Shown in pieces: positions 13,516-18,130 of a stretch of DNA of 18,130 bases; within the stretch, counting starts at the first letter, position 1, and each line of letters opens with the position of its first letter. Source of the DNA: Allobaculum fili (GTDB lineage: Bacteria > Bacillota_I > Bacilli_A > Erysipelotrichales > Erysipelotrichaceae); contig NZ_JAHDSX010000045.1 of the NCBI RefSeq assembly GCF_020969955.1, positions 1-18,130 on the forward strand, in the 5' to 3' direction. The notes beneath the pieces are model-generated. The model worked only from the letters and a program-made list of their open reading frames with translations. It ran no database searches and was not told the DNA's origin. A program made the translations under genes and the position numbers.

Positions 13516-16500
13516 ATGAAGGCCCAAAAGAATACCAAAAAGAATGCGGGAATGGGTATGGAAATTCGAAATCCAAATGAAATCCGGCTGGTGCTGTATT
13601 CCAGACAGAGCGAGGAGCGGCTGTGCCGGGTTTTTCATATTTGTTCAAAACTTGGCGAAGGAGCTTTTTCTACGGTGTACGAAGCTTATCACGAGGAAAG
13701 TTTTCGCGGGGTACTGAAACAGTACGGACAAAAGGGCGAGAGTGCAGATTTTGTCGATCCGCTGCTTGCCCCGTACTTCCTGCTTCGGGAGACGCTTCAG
13801 AAAGGAAAGTCGCAGGATCTGGCGAACTTTCTGCCCTTGTACGAAATTTATGAAGAAGAAGGACAGAAAGGCAGCTTCTGGATCTGGATGCCGGCTGCCC
13901 GCGTCGTTTCGTTCGCGGATCTTTGCCGCTCCATTCGTCAGTCGTCGAAAACGGCGAGTGAAGTTCTGGAACTGCTGCTGACCGCGATCGGTTCGCTTTT
14001 GCGCGGCGTGCAGTCGCTTCACGAAAGCGGAATGGTTCACCGGGATCTCAAACCGGCCAACTTCGGCATCCGCAAGCACAACGATACGTATCTCTCGCAG
14101 GGCGTCTGCCTGTACGATGTGGAATCGATCTGTTCGGTTTACAAACCAGGCCTCATTGTCACGGGAACGCCAGGCTATATGGAACCCGAAGCGCTTTGGG
14201 AAGATCCAAGCAATCAGACCGATCTCTATTCGATTGGCGCCATTTTGTATAACGCGCTGATTTTTACCGAAGAAGACAGCGAACACGGAAGAACCCCGGA
14301 TGGAAATCCGGCAGGCTGTACGTTTGGTGCGGTGTATGCCGAACTGAAAAATTCCCGGCTCTTCGCGGATCCGGCTCTGAAAAATGCATCGCGCCTTTTA
14401 CGACAGCTTGCGCAGATGATCAGCCGGGCTCTGGCGCCTCGCGCGCGCCGCTATCCTTGCGCGGAACTGATGCTCGAAGATCTGAACGCCATCTTATCCC
14501 GCGTGCGGCAGATGACGCGGCGCAAAAAGCAGCAGAGCGCGCTCATTTCGCTCGAACAGTTTTTTCAGGCGTCTTCGAGTTCCCGCTTAAGAGGACTGGA
14601 ACCGCTGCGCCATCTTCATGCGCATCTGTTTGAGCTGCCCGTCGGCCGGCAAAATCCCCGATTGAACGGGAAAACGCGCCGGGAAAACCGGGTCATGCTG
14701 ATCGGGTTTGGCATTTTCAGCGAGCTGGTTATCGATCTGCTTTTGCAGATGATTCAGTTTGAGGAAAACCCAGTAGAAATTCTGATTGTCAGCGAAGATC
14801 CGGAAGAATTTGAACGGTACGTAAAAGGGCGGCCGGGTCTTCGGGATTTCTTCGGTCTCATTTACGAAACGCCTTTTGGAACCGTGAAAAAATCCGTTCC
14901 CGCAAATGCTTCGTATGGAACCATTCGTTTTTATCCTCTGCACCTCGATTTCATCGGGGATACGCTGTTCGATCTGCCGGGAAGACTGCAAAAAGACGTT
15001 CTGCATTCGGATTCCGTTTTCATTGCGCTCGCACGGGATACCAGAAACCGCAATCTGGCTGCTTCGCTGAGCGATCTGTGTGCACAAGAGAACGTCCTTT
15101 GCGATATTCGCTTTCATCAGCAGTTTCCTGAGGGCCCCTACGAGCTGGCTGTGTGGCAGGAAAACGAAAAAGAACCGGATTTTACATGTTCGAGTATGGA
15201 AGCCTTGCCAATCCGAACGGATGCAGAGTTTTCCAAAGACGAAGAAAAACTATGCCGGCTGCTCGATGAGCTGGCGTTTAATGCCCATCTGTTATGGCAG
15301 CGCCAGAGCATGCCGGATCTGGAAGCTGCCAGACGCGAATTTGAAGATCCTTACGCGTACTATTCGTCTTTATGTACCGCTATGACTATTCCCGCAAAGC
15401 TGGCGGGATTCGATCTGACGCTCGATCTACAAAATCCGAAGGACGTACTTTCCGAATTTCGAAAACGCCTGTCGGATCCGGTGTATGCCCAGGCCAGACA
15501 AAATCTGGTGTGCGCGGAACATCGCCGCTGGATTGTCGAAAAGCTCTGCCGCGGCTGGAGCCGGCTGGATGATCTGGACGCCTGCATTCCGGGCAGAACG
15601 TACGACCATCACGAGCACCATCTGCTGCTGGTGGATTCCACGCCCAGTCTGACGCTTCAGAACGGAATCTGGAAAGAGCGGTCCATGTGGGATCAGGCCG
15701 ATGAAGCACATCTGGCTTTACTGGATGATCTGGATCGACGCTCGGTGGAAGTGCACCAGCACCATTTGCGAAAAGCCAGAGACGTGCGCGCCTCGGCTAC
15801 GCCGTTTTCTCTGGGACTGGAGGAACTGGAATCGATTGCCCGCGCAAACGAAACCGTCTGGTCGGCGTTTTTCGCCTGGAAAAGCTGCGTTCTGGAAATC
15901 TGGAATGGGGAGCAGAAAGCCAGCGGGCCGTATAAAAAGCACACGGGCATCCTGAAAAAAGCGCTCGCTAAGCTGGATCCGGCGCAAGCCGTGCGTGCAG
16001 CCGATATCCTGAACCGTTTTGAACAAAGCTTCTGGCCGCTTGCCGCCTGTCACGATTACAAGGACTGGAAGATCAACGATTTAGTTCTGATTGATGAAAT
16101 TCCGTTTCTGCTCGATTTCAGCAGCGAACATCAGATCTGGATGGAACTTCGTTTGGAGTACGTGGAAGATATTCTCCATACGCTTTTTGCGTTTGAACCC
16201 CGTCAGCTCCGGATGGTCTGCGCTCCAAAAAATCAGGAAGAGGCGAAACGGGACTATGCGCTGGCTGTGCAGATTGCCCGCCTGATGCGCACCCGTCATC
16301 AAAGTCTTCAAATCGATCTTGTACTTCTGAATGAGGGAGATTCAACAGCGTTTTTGCCCATTTCATCTTCGAGGTGCGGTCCGGTATACACCGAAACCGA
16401 AATGGATGGAGAAGTTCCCGTCTATATCCTGAATCCAGACTGCTCGGATGAAGCTCTCGATCGGGCATCGGACAGGAACAAAACGGAGGAAAGCGGAAGC

Positions 16501-17841
16501 ATCGAAAACGATGCAGAAGCCTTCGTTTCAAAGCCTTCGGTTTTAGCCCGGATGTTTGTGCAGAGATTTGAGAAAACCGGACCGGCAGGAAGCCTGCTGG
16601 AAGGTCTCGTTCAAAGCGGCAAAGCGTATCGTTTAAATACTGTAAAGTCCCTCCAAGAAGACAATCTGGATCCGGATCTTTCAGACTGTCCGGAACGCGA
16701 TTCTCTCCAGCCGGAATGTCTCAATGAAAGACCCTGCATGCAGGATGAGGAAGTCATGAACTGGCTGGGTCTGAAAACCGGTCAGCCGGCGTTTGCGCAC
16801 TATGAAGGCGACGAAGAGCTGTGGGCGATTTATTCCGAAAATCCAGCGGCGTGGACATCGCTCTGTGAACTGCTTTCCGCACTTTCCGTACACATTTCGC
16901 CAATCGTCTTTGATGATCACGCTCTGGCCCCAGCCCATGAGCGAATGCAGGTTTACGCCCTGCCGGAAGCCTGCCGCCCCGCCCTAAAGCGCATTATGGA
17001 TGCGCTGAAACAGGCGCATCTCATTGAAGAAGAGAGCGGTCTGTATTCCCGCTACGTAGAATCGCTCGAATTTCGCGCAGTATCGCCTTTTGATCTGAAG
17101 GAAAGCTTTGCGCGTCTGTTCTGGAATTTCCGTCTGGTCATGGACGAACATACGGTTCAGATCGAAAAAGCTGCAAATAGGGAAGTGAAGGTTGCGCTGG
17201 ATCCGCTGGATCTGGAAACCAGCCACCTGGAAGAAGAGCTTTCGCGTCTGGAAAGTCAGTATTCGCCTGAGATTGTTTCGTCCTGCCGGGCGTGTCTGGA
17301 ACGGCTGATTCAGAAACGGCTTCTGATTTCGAGCGGATGGACAAAACCGCTCGAAGCGGGTGCGCCTTTGCGCTTTGTCTCGCACCGTCTGAAGCAGCTG
17401 CTGAGCAATCCGGTTGCGATCCTTCGTGCCCGTCTCGTCTCGCATCTGCACATGACTTCAAAGTACGACGATTTTATGGGCGGCATGTCCTTTGAATCGC
17501 GGGAAGGCAACCTTTCTTTGGACAGACCGGCCGAATTTGACTGCCTGCTGATCAAAGGTCTTCGTTCGGTTTTTGTACGCGTGATCGATACGGCAAACCA
17601 GCCATCGTCTGCCGATCTGAAAACGATCGATCAGCTGATGGCGCGCGGACATGGCCTTTGCCGGATGGTGTATGTACTTTGCTCGCCATATGCCTGCACC
17701 AGAAGGGAAGAACCGGTTCAGAGGGATGCTCTGGAGCGTGCCGGCGATCTCGATTATGTGTATTTTCTTTCGGCCGGCGCGATGGACGAGCCCGATACGC
17801 TGGAGAACCTTCCGGAAAAAATTGTCGAAGCGTTCAAGTAA
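13516..17841 (+). CDS. 1441-aa cytosolic multidomain protein: N-terminal Hanks-type Ser/Thr kinase plus ~1100 aa of unassigned domains
   Basis: Kinase motifs are LGEGAFSTV (G-loop, aa 46-54), GVLK (Lys68), HRDLKPANF (aa 175-183), DVE in place of DFG (aa 201-203), GTPGYMEPE (aa 217-225) and DLYSIGAILY. No TM, PASTA or signal sequence is present. The SD is GAAGAAGG, 5 nt upstream. In-frame alternative starts exist at Met13 and Met15. Confidence 0.85.
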   Translation: MKAQKNTKKNAGMGMEIRNPNEIRLVLYSRQSEERLCRVFHICSKLGEGAFSTVYEAYHEESFRGVLKQYGQKGESADFVDPLLAPYFLLRETLQKGKSQDLANFLPLYEIYEEEGQKGSFWIWMPAARVVSFADLCRSIRQSSKTASEVLELLLTAIGSLLRGVQSLHESGMVHRDLKPANFGIRKHNDTYLSQGVCLYDVESICSVYKPGLIVTGTPGYMEPEALWEDPSNQTDLYSIGAILYNALIFTEEDSEHGRTPDGNPAGCTFGAVYAELKNSRLFADPALKNASRLLRQLAQMISRALAPRARRYPCAELMLEDLNAILSRVRQMTRRKKQQSALISLEQFFQASSSSRLRGLEPLRHLHAHLFELPVGRQNPRLNGKTRRENRVMLIGFGIFSELVIDLLLQMIQFEENPVEILIVSEDPEEFERYVKGRPGLRDFFGLIYETPFGTVKKSVPANASYGTIRFYPLHLDFIGDTLFDLPGRLQKDVLHSDSVFIALARDTRNRNLAASLSDLCAQENVLCDIRFHQQFPEGPYELAVWQENEKEPDFTCSSMEALPIRTDAEFSKDEEKLCRLLDELAFNAHLLWQRQSMPDLEAARREFEDPYAYYSSLCTAMTIPAKLAGFDLTLDLQNPKDVLSEFRKRLSDPVYAQARQNLVCAEHRRWIVEKLCRGWSRLDDLDACIPGRTYDHHEHHLLLVDSTPSLTLQNGIWKERSMWDQADEAHLALLDDLDRRSVEVHQHHLRKARDVRASATPFSLGLEELESIARANETVWSAFFAWKSCVLEIWNGEQKASGPYKKHTGILKKALAKLDPAQAVRAADILNRFEQSFWPLAACHDYKDWKINDLVLIDEIPFLLDFSSEHQIWMELRLEYVEDILHTLFAFEPRQLRMVCAPKNQEEAKRDYALAVQIARLMRTRHQSLQIDLVLLNEGDSTAFLPISSSRCGPVYTETEMDGEVPVYILNPDCSDEALDRASDRNKTEESGSIENDAEAFVSKPSVLARMFVQRFEKTGPAGSLLEGLVQSGKAYRLNTVKSLQEDNLDPDLSDCPERDSLQPECLNERPCMQDEEVMNWLGLKTGQPAFAHYEGDEELWAIYSENPAAWTSLCELLSALSVHISPIVFDDHALAPAHERMQVYALPEACRPALKRIMDALKQAHLIEEESGLYSRYVESLEFRAVSPFDLKESFARLFWNFRLVMDEHTVQIEKAANREVKVALDPLDLETSHLEEELSRLESQYSPEIVSSCRACLERLIQKRLLISSGWTKPLEAGAPLRFVSHRLKQLLSNPVAILRARLVSHLHMTSKYDDFMGGMSFESREGNLSLDRPAEFDCLLIKGLRSVFVRVIDTANQPSSADLKTIDQLMARGHGLCRMVYVLCSPYACTRREEPVQRDALERAGDLDYVYFLSAGAMDEPDTLENLPEKIVEAFK

Positions 17842-17885
17842 AAAACGGATGTATACCCTTATGATTTATCTGCTTTTCTAACAAA

Positions 17886-17929
17886 CCCCCGAAATCGGTG
17901 TGAAACGGATTTCGGGGGTTCCGTTTTCT
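17886..17929 (+). terminator. Strong intrinsic terminator closing the kinase cassette
   Basis: CCCCCGAAATC (17886-17896) pairs perfectly with GATTTCGGGGG (17908-17918), an 11-bp GC-rich stem. It is followed by TTCCGTTTTCTC and lies about 45 nt after the stop codon. Confidence 0.85.
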
Positions 17930-18049
17930 CTGGCTATGTCTTTTCACTAGGGAGCACTGCATGCTTTTACCCCCGTAAAATGCAAAGGTCCGCCATTTCG
18001 TATAGTAAGTGTCAAACAATCGACGGGTATACGCGAGACTGAATATTAG

Positions 18050-18097
18050 ATACGCTAAACGGGATCCCTTTCGAGATCCCGCTTGGCGTATTTTTTA
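18050..18097. terminator. Compound hairpin with a T6 tract, probably a terminator shared with a convergent minus-strand gene entering from the right edge
   Basis: The outer stem is ATACGC (18050-18055) with GCGTAT (18086-18091). The inner stem is CGGGATC (18060-18066) with GATCCCG (18075-18081). TTTTTT follows on the plus strand. On the minus strand an open frame runs from the window edge (...PDPKYEENDEE) to TAA at 18095-18097, directly abutting the hairpin. That is only 11 codons, so the CDS itself is not called. Confidence 0.5.
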
Positions 18098-18130
18098 TTC
18101 TTCATCGTTTTCTTCATACTTCGGATCCGG

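Noticed and set aside
12998-13648. Minus-strand ORFs 12998-13648, 13204-13638 and 13284-13538
   Set aside because: All three antisense frames are open at once because the plus strand is purine-rich here. The translations are Phe/Pro/Ser-rich low complexity and overlap the kinase start.
16603-16626. Walker-A-like GLVQSGKA in the kinase C-terminal region
   Set aside because: It ends in Ala rather than Ser/Thr and has no preceding hydrophobic beta-strand. I found no matching Walker B motif.
17834-18019. Tracked ORF 17834-18019(-), 61 aa
   Set aside because: It runs through the kinase terminator hairpin and overlaps the kinase stop. It has no SD and a non-protein-like sequence.
1-18130. Looked for CRISPR arrays, tRNAs, integrase/transposase genes, long terminal or direct repeats flanking the cassette, and reverse transcriptase/DGR features
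   Set aside because: I found none by eye. The cassette therefore cannot be called a mobile island from this window alone, and compositional contrast with the flanks is not obvious.

Overview
The window opens with the 3' end of an rRNA operon: a 23S tail, a 5S gene that looks short, and a terminator. A minus-strand carbohydrate locus follows, made up of mannose-family PTS IIB-IIC-IID, a structured spacer, IIA translationally coupled to a GH13 alpha-glucosidase, a terminator, and an RpiR regulator. Further along the minus strand are an ArAE/FUSC-like membrane protein and a membrane-anchored hypothetical protein. A 2-TM helical protein (possibly XpaC/TelA-like) is transcribed divergently from these. 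The right-hand 8 kb is the most interesting part. It is a plus-strand three-gene cassette ending in a strong intrinsic terminator: a 677-aa protein with no motif I recognise, a PP2C-type phosphatase with an odd Arg-rich tail, and a 1441-aa cytosolic protein. That last protein has an N-terminal Hanks-type Ser/Thr kinase followed by about 1100 aa of unassigned domains, including a Rossmann-like segment, RyR-like helical motifs and a C-terminal PD-(D/E)xK-like fold. I propose this cassette as a candidate undescribed kinase/phosphatase signalling or conflict (defence) module. I saw no CRISPR array, tRNA, integrase or transposase. Gene content and SD usage suggest a Bacillota-type genome. All family assignments rest on motif recognition by eye, not on searches.
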